Assembly: GCA_022711395.1 (NCBI GenBank)
Contig: JAKLFA010000002.1
Span: forward strand, 3,864-67,863
Length of the DNA: 64,000 bases
DNA from: Candidatus Omnitrophota bacterium
Lineage (GTDB): Bacteria > Omnitrophota > Gorgyraeia > Zapsychrales > JANLHA01
Direction: 5' to 3'
Position numbers and translations under genes: made by a program
In this document: in pieces, positions 9,543-18,503 of the stretch
Numbering within the stretch: position 1 is the stretch's first letter
Layout: every line of letters starts with the position of its first letter
The notes under the pieces: generated by a model
Told to the model about the DNA's origin: nothing
Seen by the model: the letters and a program-made list of their open reading frames with translations, nothing else
Database searches by the model: none

Positions 9543-10667
9543 ATGATAGAAAAAAATTCAGAGCAGTTCTCCATACGTGAAGCGGGCGGGGCCTGTGTCC
9601 TGGACGGAAAGGGCGCGCGGTATATTGATTTTTATCTCAATGGCGGAAGCCTTATCCTGGGCCACGCTCACCGTAATGTCGTTTTGGCCGTCAAAAAATA
9701 CGCGGAACGCGGTATCGGGTTTGGGGTCCAGGGCCGGGAGGCCGGTTATCTGCGTTCGGCTTTGCTGCAGAAATTCAGCTCGCTTGCGGAGATTCATTTT
9801 GCCCCGTCCGAAACGGAGGCGCTTTTACGGGCCTGCGCCCTGGCCTGCCGCGCGACTGGCCGCGCGCGTGTTGTCCTTGCGGGCTGCGCACGGACAGCCG
9901 CCCAGCTGCGGGCGCTTTGGCCCGGCGGGGAATTGACCGTGGTTAGCCCCGGCGACCGTGACGCGCTCAAGAAGGCGTTTTTTGGGAGCGGCAAAAGGAT
10001 CGCCGCGCTTGTGCTGGAGCCTCTTCAGACGGACGGCGCGCTGGGTTTGATCTCGCCCGATTTTGCGCGGGCCGCCGTTGAGCTCAGGAAAAAATATCAG
10101 TGCCTTCTGATCTGCGATGAGCGCAAAAGCGCTTTGCATTCCGCCTTGGGATCAGCGTCCCTGGAACTTTCGATCGGACCGGATCTGATCTGCTTCGGAG
10201 GGGTTCTGGGAGGAGGATTTGACCTTGGGGCGTATGGGCTGTTTTCTGACGCGCGGATCGCTCACCATTTTGAACAATGTGAGGAAGGACGGATCGCTCC
10301 GCTGATCTTTCGGGCGGGATTGATGAATCTTCGACTTCTCAATGAAGGTCTTTACGCGGCCCTTGAGGACCGGGTGAAAACTTTGACCGATGAGCTGGCG
10401 GCTGTTTGCCGAGGGCAGGCTGGTGCTGCGGTCCGCGTTGAAAGGATCTATCACATGTTCAAGGTCCATTTTTCGCGGCCGCGAAAAGGGGCGCCTTCCC
10501 ACGGACAAGATGAGGAGCTGCGAAAATTCTTGTTTGAACGCGGCATCTACAGCGGCCCGGAGGCCGGAGGAGTGTTTTCGATCAGCAGCGCGCACACCAA
10601 AAAGCAGATCGGGTGTTTAAAAGACGCGCTGATCGGATTTTTGACTACAATAGCGCAGGGGTCATGA
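9543..10667 (+). CDS. class-III aminotransferase-fold protein, glutamate-1-semialdehyde aminomutase (HemL)-like, catalytic Lys apparently absent
   Basis: GGSLILGHAHRNVVLAVKKYAERGIGFG resembles HemL. The region corresponding to the HemL PLP-lysine motif (…LGK(I/V)IGGG…) reads LICFGGVLGGGFDLGAYG, i.e. K replaced by G. Confidence 0.6.
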   Translation: MIEKNSEQFSIREAGGACVLDGKGARYIDFYLNGGSLILGHAHRNVVLAVKKYAERGIGFGVQGREAGYLRSALLQKFSSLAEIHFAPSETEALLRACALACRATGRARVVLAGCARTAAQLRALWPGGELTVVSPGDRDALKKAFFGSGKRIAALVLEPLQTDGALGLISPDFARAAVELRKKYQCLLICDERKSALHSALGSASLELSIGPDLICFGGVLGGGFDLGAYGLFSDARIAHHFEQCEEGRIAPLIFRAGLMNLRLLNEGLYAALEDRVKTLTDELAAVCRGQAGAAVRVERIYHMFKVHFSRPRKGAPSHGQDEELRKFLFERGIYSGPEAGGVFSISSAHTKKQIGCLKDALIGFLTTIAQGS

Positions 10668-10783
10668 TGACGCCAGGACGCTCAGGCGCTGGGAACGTGA
10701 AAATGGCAAGCGGGGAAAAATTTTTGGTTTTGGGTTTTGAGGGGTTTAAAGGTTTATAGTGTCACAGTGTCTTAGTGTCTGGT
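10668..10783 (+). repeat. degenerate family-B palindromic element upstream of cupin gene
   Basis: GACGCTCAGGCGCTGGGAACGTGAAAATGG ... TTTTTGGTTTTGGGTTTTGAGGGGTTTAAAGGTTTAT + AGTGTCACAGTGTCTTAGTGTCT, followed by TTTTTTATAAGAAAGGAAtcttgtATG. Confidence 0.75.
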
Positions 10784-10812
10784 TTATGTTTTTTATAAGA
10801 AAGGAATCTTGT

Positions 10813-11166
10813 ATGTATGAAAATGATACGTTCGTCGAGCGGCCGTGGGGCCGTTATTTCAAACTTTATCAGGAGGCCGGCGTGTGGGTCAAACGGGTGG
10901 AGGTGTCCGCCGGCGGACGCCTGAGCCTTCAAAGGCATCACAAGCGGTCGGAAAAGTGGGTCGTTGTGCGCGGTCGTGGGGAAGCGATCGTGGACAATGT
11001 CCGCTATATGCTGGGGCCGGGTTCCATTTTGGACATCCCGGTCAGCAGTGAGCACCGTATCGCCAATATCGGCCAGGATTCGCTGGTTTTTATCGAGGTC
11101 GCCACCGGCGAGTATTTAGGGGAAGACGATATTACGCGCATTCAGGATGATTACGCGCGGGAATGA
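10813..11166 (+). CDS. cupin-domain protein (mannose-6-phosphate isomerase type II C-terminal cupin-like)
   Basis: ERPWGRYF...GGRLSLQRHHKRSEKWVVVRG cupin signature. ATG 10813 with RBS AAGGAA; the longer ORF start at 10759 lies inside a repeat element. Confidence 0.7.
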   Translation: MYENDTFVERPWGRYFKLYQEAGVWVKRVEVSAGGRLSLQRHHKRSEKWVVVRGRGEAIVDNVRYMLGPGSILDIPVSSEHRIANIGQDSLVFIEVATGEYLGEDDITRIQDDYARE

Positions 11167-11202
11167 CAGAGGAAAATAGTTTTTAAGGTTTGCGCGCCTT
11201 GT

Positions 11203-12594
11203 TTAGATCTTGCGCAAATGGCTGGGGAGGATGTTAAGCTGTTTTCGGTATTTGGTGATGGTCCGGCGCGCGACCTTGATGCCGCGCTTTTTGAGCTCGT
11301 CGATGATCTCCTGGTCGGAAAGGGGATGCCTTTTGTCTTCGTGCTCGATCAAATCCTGCAGTTCCTCTTTGATGCTGCGGTTGGAGACCGCCTGCCCTCC
11401 GTGGGCGTCCACGCGCCCCACGCTTTGAGAAAAGAAATATTTTAACGGGATCACCCCTTGCGGAGTGTCCATGTATTTATTGTGGATGGCCCGGCAGATC
11501 GTCGATTCATTGCGGTCCAGGGCCGATGCCACATCCCGCAGAGTCATGGGTTTGAGGGACATGTGCCCGTGTTCAAAGAAATCCTTCTGCTGTTCCAGGA
11601 TGAACTCCGCGATGCGCTTGATCGTGCTGCCGCGCTGTTCGATGCTGCGGATGAATTGCAAGGCCTCGGTCAGTTTCTCTTTAATAAAAGCGCGTTCCTT
11701 GTCGCTTAAGTTCTCGCGGTTCAGCAGCTCCCGGTAGAGCGAGTTGATGCGCAGACGCGGCAGGCCGCGTTCGTTGACTTCCACGATCAGCCGTTCATTG
11801 TCCTCCTGGTCCTTGCGCACGACGATATCCGGGCGGACGTAATGGTTGGTTGGCAGGGGCCTGTGGTTGCGGGCCGGCCTGGGATCAAGGGCCGTGATCA
11901 ACTGCGCGCTGCTGCGCACGCAGTCGACGGAAACGCCCAGCGAGCGGGCGATGTCCTGGAACCGCTTGTGCCCCAGGTCATCCAAATGCTGGTCGATGAT
12001 CTTTAAGGAAAGCTGCGCGTGTCCGTTAAAATGGAATTTGGCCTGGGTCATCAGGCATTCCTTCAGGTCGCGCGAAGCGATGCCTACGGGTTCATAGCCC
12101 TGGATGACCTTTAGGACCTCCAGCACCGGATCGATATCGGCAAGGCCCAGCATCTCCGCGATCTCTTCGCAGCTGACGGTCAGATAACCGTCGTCATCCA
12201 GGTCTCCGATGATCAATTCGCCGATCTTGATCTTCAGCGGGTCGGAAAAATCGGAATGGAGCTGCTGCAGGAGTTTGGTTTCCAGGCTTTCGTGGGACTT
12301 GATCGGCCGCTCGGTCTGCTCTTCCGTGCTCTGGCTGAAAAAATGGTATTCCCCGGATTCTAAGAGCTGGTCGATCTCGTTTTGAAGGCTTGCTTCAAGC
12401 GGAGATTCCGCCCTGGCGTCTTTAAGGTCCTCGGTTTCCGTGGGATCGGCCTCCAGTAAGGGATTCTTTTCCAATTCCTGTTCAATGGTCTGTTCCAGTT
12501 CTGCCATCGGCAGAAGCAAGACCTCGATGCTTTGCTGCATGAGGGGAGCCAGGATCTGTTTTTGAACTTGGATTTGTGTTTGTTTTAAGTTCAT
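11203..12594 (-). CDS. rpoN: RNA polymerase sigma-54 factor
   Basis: 463 aa. C-terminal RpoN box ARRTITKYR, an HTH and the sigma-54 core-binding region; acidic N-terminal region. Confidence 0.95.
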   Translation of the reverse strand: MNLKQTQIQVQKQILAPLMQQSIEVLLLPMAELEQTIEQELEKNPLLEADPTETEDLKDARAESPLEASLQNEIDQLLESGEYHFFSQSTEEQTERPIKSHESLETKLLQQLHSDFSDPLKIKIGELIIGDLDDDGYLTVSCEEIAEMLGLADIDPVLEVLKVIQGYEPVGIASRDLKECLMTQAKFHFNGHAQLSLKIIDQHLDDLGHKRFQDIARSLGVSVDCVRSSAQLITALDPRPARNHRPLPTNHYVRPDIVVRKDQEDNERLIVEVNERGLPRLRINSLYRELLNRENLSDKERAFIKEKLTEALQFIRSIEQRGSTIKRIAEFILEQQKDFFEHGHMSLKPMTLRDVASALDRNESTICRAIHNKYMDTPQGVIPLKYFFSQSVGRVDAHGGQAVSNRSIKEELQDLIEHEDKRHPLSDQEIIDELKKRGIKVARRTITKYRKQLNILPSHLRKI

Positions 12595-12931
12595 TTTTGG
12601 TATGCCATTTATTCAAGGGAAGCTAACGTGAAAAAAGTATATCACAGTGAAAGAATGTTTTGCAAATAAAACACCGCAAAAATTTTAAGATTTTTAAAAA
12701 ATTTTGTCAATTTTTTGAACATGTATTGGGGTGATAATTAACAACACATTTATAAATTCTTTTGGTATAATAACTTGCAAATCTTACTAGGACAGTCCTG
12801 GACAGGTATGTTTATTCAAATAAACATTGGTAAAAACCTTGAACATCCCTGAAGTTTTAAAGACCGTTCAAATCAAGGAGATTATTGAAAGAATCCGGCC
12901 ATTCGCGCTGATTTTTAAGAAAAGACGTGTT

Positions 12932-12946
12932 TGGCACGTGTCTTGC
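12932..12946 (+). promoter_or_regulatory. sigma-54 (-24/-12) promoter TGGCAC-N5-TTGC
   Basis: TGGCACgtgtcTTGCT at 12932-12947, about 95 nt upstream of the HTH gene (13039) that heads the EPS export operon. rpoN is encoded divergently immediately upstream. Confidence 0.6.
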
Positions 12947-13038
12947 TTTCACTACCTTACATGCTTGAGTGCGGGCAGCATTTTAAACAGCGAAGCAATT
13001 TCATTCAGGCTTGACACTCAGAATAAGGAGGAAGGCGA

Positions 13039-13230
13039 ATGTCTTCAAAGCAGCGAATGACCATTACGGAAGTGGCTGACATTATCGGGGTCACGACCAA
13101 AACGCTGGCGCGTTGGGAAAAGACCGGCAAGATCCGCAAAGCGAAAAGGGATTGGCGCGGGTGGAGGGTTTACAACTCGGAAGAGGTCAACGCGATCCAG
13201 CAATTCCACGAAACGTTGTTTGAAATCTGA
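13039..13230 (+). CDS. small helix-turn-helix DNA-binding protein (MerR/excisionase-type HTH)
   Basis: RBS AAGGAGGA; MTITEVADIIGVTTKTLARWEKTGKI is a MerR-superfamily HTH. Confidence 0.65.
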   Translation: MSSKQRMTITEVADIIGVTTKTLARWEKTGKIRKAKRDWRGWRVYNSEEVNAIQQFHETLFEI

Positions 13231-13245
13231 ACTAAGGGAGTTTTT

Positions 13246-14301
13246 ATGAAGACCCAAACAATATTTCCGACGGTAAGATCGGTGCGGGCGGCGCGGGGGG
13301 CAGGAGTGGAGCGGGCGGCAGAAAGAATAGGGGTTGCGCGGAGAGGAGAGTTTGCGCTGGCGGCGTTGGCGCTGCGAATCGTGCGGGCGGCACTGGCCGC
13401 GGGTGTCTTTCTGATTTTCGTTCAGCCGTTGCACGCGCAGAACTTCGCCAACTGGACGCCGGAGCAGGCGGTCCAGTCAGAACAGGCCCAGCCGGCTTTG
13501 AAAACGGGACTGGATTCCAGTGCGGAGCCGCTTAAAGACGCCCAGGGCGCGCCTTCTTTGAAAGAGCAGCCGCAAATTCCTGCCGCGGCGACCTTCAGCG
13601 AAGAGGACTTAAAAGGCTTGAGCCCCGAAGAACTGCAGGCCTTGATGGGCACCGGCCTGATCCCTCAGCCCCAGGCGCTCCCGGCCGCGGAGGCCAGCGG
13701 CTACACGCTTGGCCCGACGGACGTCATTACGATCACTGTCATGCGGCATCCGGAAGTGAGCGGCGAATACCCGATCAATAATGAAGGAAAGATCCAGTAT
13801 GAATTCGTGGGGGACATCCTCGTCAGCGGCCTTAACAAGGAAGAGGCCGAAGAGGTGATCTCCAGACACCTGTCCGAATATATTGTCTCGCCAGAGGTCA
13901 CGGTCAAGATCGCCCAGTATAACAGCAAGATCGTCTATGTCGTCGGTGAGGTGGCCGCTCCGGGCAAGATCTTCATGCGCGGGGACACCATCACCGTTCG
14001 CGAGGCGCTGATGCAGGCGGGGCTGCCGCGTTTAGGCGGCATCACGAAAAAGAGCCACTTGATCACCCCCTCCGACAGCGGAAAGCCCAAGAAAAAATAT
14101 ATCGATGTCTACGCCCTTTTGTATCAAGGCGACCTGCGGGAGAACGACACCATGTATCCGGGGGACGTGCTGTATATCCCCCCGACCTTCCTGACCAAGG
14201 TCATGAGGACGATCTCGCCGGTGGCCGCTCCGATCGGGCAGGCCGCGGGGGCCACAACGGGCGTCAATGTCATCAGCAACCCGACGAGGACGGGATATTA
14301 A
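13246..14301 (+). CDS. polysaccharide export protein (Wza/GumB-type, PEP-CTERM-locus-associated)
   Basis: Poly_export domain (LGPTDVITITVMRHPEVSGEYPINNEGKIQYEFVGDILVSG) plus an SLBB-like region. Positioned first in the EPS gene block. Confidence 0.85.
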   Translation: MKTQTIFPTVRSVRAARGAGVERAAERIGVARRGEFALAALALRIVRAALAAGVFLIFVQPLHAQNFANWTPEQAVQSEQAQPALKTGLDSSAEPLKDAQGAPSLKEQPQIPAAATFSEEDLKGLSPEELQALMGTGLIPQPQALPAAEASGYTLGPTDVITITVMRHPEVSGEYPINNEGKIQYEFVGDILVSGLNKEEAEEVISRHLSEYIVSPEVTVKIAQYNSKIVYVVGEVAAPGKIFMRGDTITVREALMQAGLPRLGGITKKSHLITPSDSGKPKKKYIDVYALLYQGDLRENDTMYPGDVLYIPPTFLTKVMRTISPVAAPIGQAAGATTGVNVISNPTRTGY

Positions 14302-14310
14302 TAAAGAGAA

Positions 14311-14540
14311 GACACAGGACACATGACACACGACACACGAAAACCTTAAAAACAGAAAAAAGACACAGGACACATGACACATGACACACGACACACGAAA
14401 ACCTTAAAAACAGAAAAAAGACACAGGACACATGACACATGACACAGGACACACGAAAACCTTAAAAACAGAAAAAAGACACAGGACACATGACACATGA
14501 CACAGGACACAGGACACAGGACACATGACACATGACACAT
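14311..14540 (+). repeat. higher-order tandem array: 4 units of ~58 bp, each (GACACAN)x4-5 + AAAACCTTAAAAACAGAAAAAA (family A)
   Basis: Direct reading of the sequence. An inverted partner TTTTAAGATTTTCGTGTGTCATGTGTCTTT lies at 14683-14711. No unique spacers, so not CRISPR. Confidence 0.9.
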
Positions 14541-14727
14541 GGGAAAACAGAAACAAAAACCGGGGATTAATACGCGTCTGAGGTGAGAGGACGCTTAAAA
14601 TAGCATGAAGCAGGATTTGGCAGTTCGTTCCTTATAATTTTAATGATTTTGATTTGTATTTTTTCGTATGCTTTGTTTTTATTTTAAGATTTTCGTGTGT
14701 CATGTGTCTTTAATTTGAGGAACCCAA

Positions 14728-15546
14728 ATGTATCTCAATTTTTATGGCTTTAAAGAGGTCCCGTTCAATCTGACGCCCAACGCGCATTTCTTTTTTGAAA
14801 GCGACAAGCACACGGAAGCGCTCTCGGTGCTTCTCTACGCCGTCAATCAGCGCAAAGGCTTTGTGGTCATGACCGGCGAGATCGGTTCCGGCAAGACGAC
14901 CGTCTGCCGCACGCTTTTAAACCATCTGGACACCTCGGTCGAAAGCGCCCTGATCACCAATACCCATATCAGCGGCAAGGACCTTCTGGCCACGATCCTG
15001 GAGGACCTGGGCGTTGAGTATCAACCCGGGTCCAAGGCGCGCCTTTTGAGCCAGCTCAATCACTACTTGATCTGCAAGCTCAAAGAGGACAAGAACGTGG
15101 TCCTGATCATTGATGAGGCCCAGAACCTGACCCCGTCGGTCTTGGAAGAGATCCGCATGCTTTCGAACCTCGAGACCGAGCAGGAAAAGCTGATCCAGAT
15201 CATCATCCTCGGCCAGCCTGAACTGCGTAAAAAGCTCGCCCTGCCGCGGCTGGAACAGCTGCGCCAGCGCATCGCGGTCTATTATCATCTGGACCCGCTG
15301 ACCACGGAGGAGGCGCTCAACTATATCCGCCACCGCCTGCGCGTGGCCAGTGATTCGGACAACCCGTATTTTTCTGACGAGGCGCTCAAGCTGATCGTTG
15401 AATTTTCCAAAGGCGTGCCGCGTTTGATCAACCAGCTCTGCGACAGCGCGCTTCTGATCGGCTACGTGCGGGACAAACGTTTGATCGACGAGGAGATCAT
15501 GAGGGAAGTCATCGCCGATTCTCCGATGGTGAGGATCGCGGCGTAA
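14728..15546 (+). CDS. ExeA-like AAA ATPase (PEP-CTERM-locus putative secretion ATPase)
   Basis: Walker A GEIGSGKTT. ExeA/GspA-like architecture; positioned next to the chain-length determinant as in described PEP-CTERM loci. Confidence 0.85.
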   Translation: MYLNFYGFKEVPFNLTPNAHFFFESDKHTEALSVLLYAVNQRKGFVVMTGEIGSGKTTVCRTLLNHLDTSVESALITNTHISGKDLLATILEDLGVEYQPGSKARLLSQLNHYLICKLKEDKNVVLIIDEAQNLTPSVLEEIRMLSNLETEQEKLIQIIILGQPELRKKLALPRLEQLRQRIAVYYHLDPLTTEEALNYIRHRLRVASDSDNPYFSDEALKLIVEFSKGVPRLINQLCDSALLIGYVRDKRLIDEEIMREVIADSPMVRIAA

Positions 15547-15557
15547 ATTGAATACAA

Positions 15558-15706
15558 GGCACTAAGGCACTAGGACACTACGGCACTGCGAACGTGAAAG
15601 AGAGAAAAGTAAAAACCTCAAGGACAAAAGTGAAGATGAAAAAGATTTTTATTTTACCGGGTTTAAGGTTTTTAGTGTCTTAGTGTCATAGTGCCCTAGT
15701 GTCTCG
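15558..15706 (+). repeat. family-B palindromic element (GGCACTAA/GACACTAC octamer arm ... inverted TAGTGTCTTAGTGTCATAGTGCC arm)
   Basis: Left arm at 15558-15600 including AACGTGAAAG; right arm at 15660-15706 preceded by GGTTTAAGGTTTTT. Followed by TTTTTTTAAGAAAGGAAcgatATG of the next gene. Confidence 0.85.
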
Positions 15707-15730
15707 ATATTTTTTTAAGAAAGGAACGAT

Positions 15731-17002
15731 ATGCCCGAAACAACCGACAGCAACGTCCAGGTCCTCAATTATGTGCGCATGTTCCTGCGGCGCAAAGAAT
15801 TTTTGATCGTCGGTGCCATCTTGGGGCTGGCGTTAGGTCTGTGCGCCGGCAATGTCATGCCGCCGCAATACCGCTCCTCGACCGTCATCCTGGTCGAAGA
15901 GGGCAAGAGCGATAACCCGCTCTTTGACAAGCTCGCGGTCTCGACCACCGTCCAGGACCGGCTCTCCAATATCAAGGAATCCATGCTCGGCTGGTATAGC
16001 ATGGTGGAGCTCGTCAAACGCCTCAACCTGCACGCCGACATCCGCAGCGCCCAGGAATTCGAAAGCCTGGTCCTGGGGATCCGCGACCGGATCTCGATCA
16101 TGCTCAAAGGCCATAACGTGCTGTATTTATCCTACGTCGGAAAAGACCCGCGCGAGACCCAGGCGGTCGTTGAGAACATCACCGACATCTTCATCACGCG
16201 CAACAAGGAGATCCAGAACCGGGAGACGGAGGACGCCATCAAGTTCATCGAAGAACAGCTGAAAGTTTATAAGGGGAAGATCAAGTCCGCCGAGATCGCC
16301 GAACTTCAGGACAAGCTGGACGAGCTTTTGATCGACTCGACCGACAAACACCCCCTGGTCAAACAGCTCAGGGAGCGCATCGACCTTAAGATGAAAGAGC
16401 TTGAAAAAGAAAAACTGGAGTTCACCAAGGCCGATGACCTGGTCAAGGAATCCAACAAAAAGATCATCGAGAACATCCAGAAGGCCTTGAGCAACATTGA
16501 GGGCGAAGTCGCCAAAGACGAGAACAAGGACCTCTATAAGTTCGTGCTCGCCGACAAGATCGGGGACGTGGTCGCGCGTGACGCCGAGGTCAATGAAAGC
16601 ATCTATAACGTCCTTCTGCAGCGTTTGGAGACCGCCAAGATCACCCAGAGCCTGCAGACCTCCAAGGAGGGGACGCGCTACACGATCGTCGACCCGCCGC
16701 GGGTGCCGCTGGCGCCGTTTAAGCCGAACAAGGGGATGCTCGCCGGAGGGGCGGCGGCCGCGGGGTTATTGCTGGGCGCGGGGATCGTCTTTCTGATGGA
16801 GTTTTTTGACAAGTCGTTCATTGATGTGGAAGACGCCAAGGAGTTCTTCGGGACGCCGCTCTTGGGCGCGATCTCGCGCATCACCACCAAGGAGGAGATC
16901 TCTTACCAGAAGGAATTTGTGCGGTGGGTGTATGTGGTGGCGATCATCGCGTCAGTGGTCATTGTCCTGTCGTCGATGACGGTGGGGAATTTGCTAAAAT
17001 AA
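15731..17002 (+). CDS. polysaccharide chain-length determinant protein (Wzz/GumC-like)
   Basis: N-terminal TM helix, long coiled-coil periplasmic region, C-terminal TM helix (GAGIVFLMEFFD). Confidence 0.8.
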   Translation: MPETTDSNVQVLNYVRMFLRRKEFLIVGAILGLALGLCAGNVMPPQYRSSTVILVEEGKSDNPLFDKLAVSTTVQDRLSNIKESMLGWYSMVELVKRLNLHADIRSAQEFESLVLGIRDRISIMLKGHNVLYLSYVGKDPRETQAVVENITDIFITRNKEIQNRETEDAIKFIEEQLKVYKGKIKSAEIAELQDKLDELLIDSTDKHPLVKQLRERIDLKMKELEKEKLEFTKADDLVKESNKKIIENIQKALSNIEGEVAKDENKDLYKFVLADKIGDVVARDAEVNESIYNVLLQRLETAKITQSLQTSKEGTRYTIVDPPRVPLAPFKPNKGMLAGGAAAAGLLLGAGIVFLMEFFDKSFIDVEDAKEFFGTPLLGAISRITTKEEISYQKEFVRWVYVVAIIASVVIVLSSMTVGNLLK

Positions 17003-17018
17003 GGCACTGGGGGAAAAT

Positions 17019-17645
17019 ATGAGCGAAATGTTCCAAAAATACAAGCATGTTGACACCATGAAAAAGGCCCAGGACGAGAAGGCCGCGCAGCAAAAGAAAA
17101 AGGACGGGGAGAGCGTGATCCACGCGGCAGTGGCCGGAGGCCTTCCCCAGGCGCCCGACGCGCCTTTAAAGCCGGCGGGGCGTTCGCGCGCGCTGGTGAT
17201 CGTCGCGCTGGTTTTGGCGGTGGCGGCATTCGGGCTCTCGTTTAAGTTGGCGCTGGACATGGCCAGGGCCCAGAGCGACATCAATGAGGTCCAGGTCGTG
17301 ATCGATGACCGTTCGGAAGAGGCCGGCAGCTGGATGGAGCACACCTCCGCCGTGGAGGACGAATTCCGCCGGGCTTTCAAAAAGGACCGTGAGCGGATGG
17401 ACGCGCTTGAAAAGGCCGATCAAAGCGCCGTCGAGGCTTTGGCCGCCCTTAAGGATGCTGCGCGCGCCTCTGACATCGAAAAGCTTTCCAAAGAACTGAA
17501 GGACCAGAAGGACGGCGTCCTCCGGCTGCAGCAGCGGATCGACAATCTGGTGGCGGAAAACAAAAAGCTGGCGGACCAGCTGGAAGCGATGAGGCCGGCT
17601 GAACCGGGTAAAAAAGTGGATGTGAGGATATTGGAGAATAAATAG
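17019..17645 (+). CDS. hypothetical coiled-coil protein with one TM helix
   Basis: TM helix ALVIVALVLAVAAFGLSF followed by a charged coiled-coil region. Located between the chain-length-determinant and kinase genes. Confidence 0.4.
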   Translation: MSEMFQKYKHVDTMKKAQDEKAAQQKKKDGESVIHAAVAGGLPQAPDAPLKPAGRSRALVIVALVLAVAAFGLSFKLALDMARAQSDINEVQVVIDDRSEEAGSWMEHTSAVEDEFRRAFKKDRERMDALEKADQSAVEALAALKDAARASDIEKLSKELKDQKDGVLRLQQRIDNLVAENKKLADQLEAMRPAEPGKKVDVRILENK

Positions 17646-17697
17646 GACACCAGGCACCAGACACACGACACAAGGGGTCCCATGTGTCCTGTGTCGG
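17645..17697 (+). repeat. family-A mini-palindrome (GACACCAGGCACCAGACACACGACACAAGG / CATGTGTCCTGTGTCGG)
   Basis: Inverted heptamer arms around the loop GGTCC, sitting between a stop and the next RBS. Confidence 0.7.
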
Positions 17698-17714
17698 TTA
17701 ACAAAGGAAATCAA

Positions 17715-18503
17715 ATGGGTAAGATCACCGACGCATTAAAGAAGGCCGCTGAGGAACGTGTCGGCCATATTGAAAAGCTCAACCGCGTGCGCGCCACGCG
17801 TTTGTTCGTGGCCCAGCGCACCATGGAGTCGCAGATCGACCCCCGGGTCGTCGCCTTTTTTGACCCCAAGGCCGCCATCAGCGAGCAGTACAAGATCCTG
17901 CGGACCAATATTTTGGCCTTGAACAAAGGCAATCCGCCCCGGACCCTGGTCGTGACCAGTTCCACGCAAGGGGAGGGAAAGACCATCACCTGCCTGAACC
18001 TGGCGGTGGCGATGGTGCATTCCAACCGCAAGACCCGGGTGCTTTTGATCGACGCGGATATGCGCCGCGGCCGCACGGCCGAATACCTGGGCGTCAAAGC
18101 GGAGGTGGGGCTTTCGGAAGTCCTCAAGGGCGAGGCGGAACTTGAGCAGGCGCTGTATCACGTGGAGGCGATCGAGAACCTGACCGTCCTTTCGTCGGGC
18201 GCGGTCCCGGACCACCCGGTGGAGCTTGTGGATTCGACCGCTATGCGCGACCTTTTGAAGACCGCCGCCACCCAGTTCGATATGGTGATCATCGACACGC
18301 CCCCGATCATTTCGGTCACCGACGCCGGCATTGTCGGCTCGATCGCCGACGGGGTCCTCATGGTCGTGCGCGCCGGCAAGACCCAGCGGGGCCTGGTCAA
18401 CCGGGCGGAAGAACTTCTATATCAGTCGCACGCCAAAGTGCTGGGACGGGTCCTGACCAACATCGAATACCATGTGCCGGAGTATATATATAGGTACTTA
18501 TAA
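17715..18503 (+). CDS. CpsD/CapB-type P-loop ATPase (EPS tyrosine autokinase family)
   Basis: Walker A TSSTQGEGKTIT, Walker A' LLIDADMRRG, Walker B VIIDTPP. ATG 17715 after RBS AAAGGAAA; the longer ORF start lies inside a repeat. Confidence 0.85.
   Translation: MGKITDALKKAAEERVGHIEKLNRVRATRLFVAQRTMESQIDPRVVAFFDPKAAISEQYKILRTNILALNKGNPPRTLVVTSSTQGEGKTITCLNLAVAMVHSNRKTRVLLIDADMRRGRTAEYLGVKAEVGLSEVLKGEAELEQALYHVEAIENLTVLSSGAVPDHPVELVDSTAMRDLLKTAATQFDMVIIDTPPIISVTDAGIVGSIADGVLMVVRAGKTQRGLVNRAEELLYQSHAKVLGRVLTNIEYHVPEYIYRYL

Noticed and set aside
12827-13060. ORF 12827..13060 upstream of the HTH gene
   Set aside because: It overlaps the sigma-54 promoter and the RBS of the HTH gene. The region is AT-rich and intergenic, with no RBS and no recognisable domain.
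14311-14540. Possible CRISPR array (regular direct repeats)
   Set aside because: Units are internally repetitive (heptamer arrays plus a constant core), and there are no unique spacers. No cas genes were recognised in the window. This reads as a tandem repeat/palindromic element, not CRISPR.
14032-14540. Minus-strand ORFs 14032..14394 and 14346..14540 (MSCVMCHVSCV...)
   Set aside because: These are pure translations of the GACACAN tandem array (Cys/Val/His-rich, low complexity), with no RBS. They are artefacts of the repeat.
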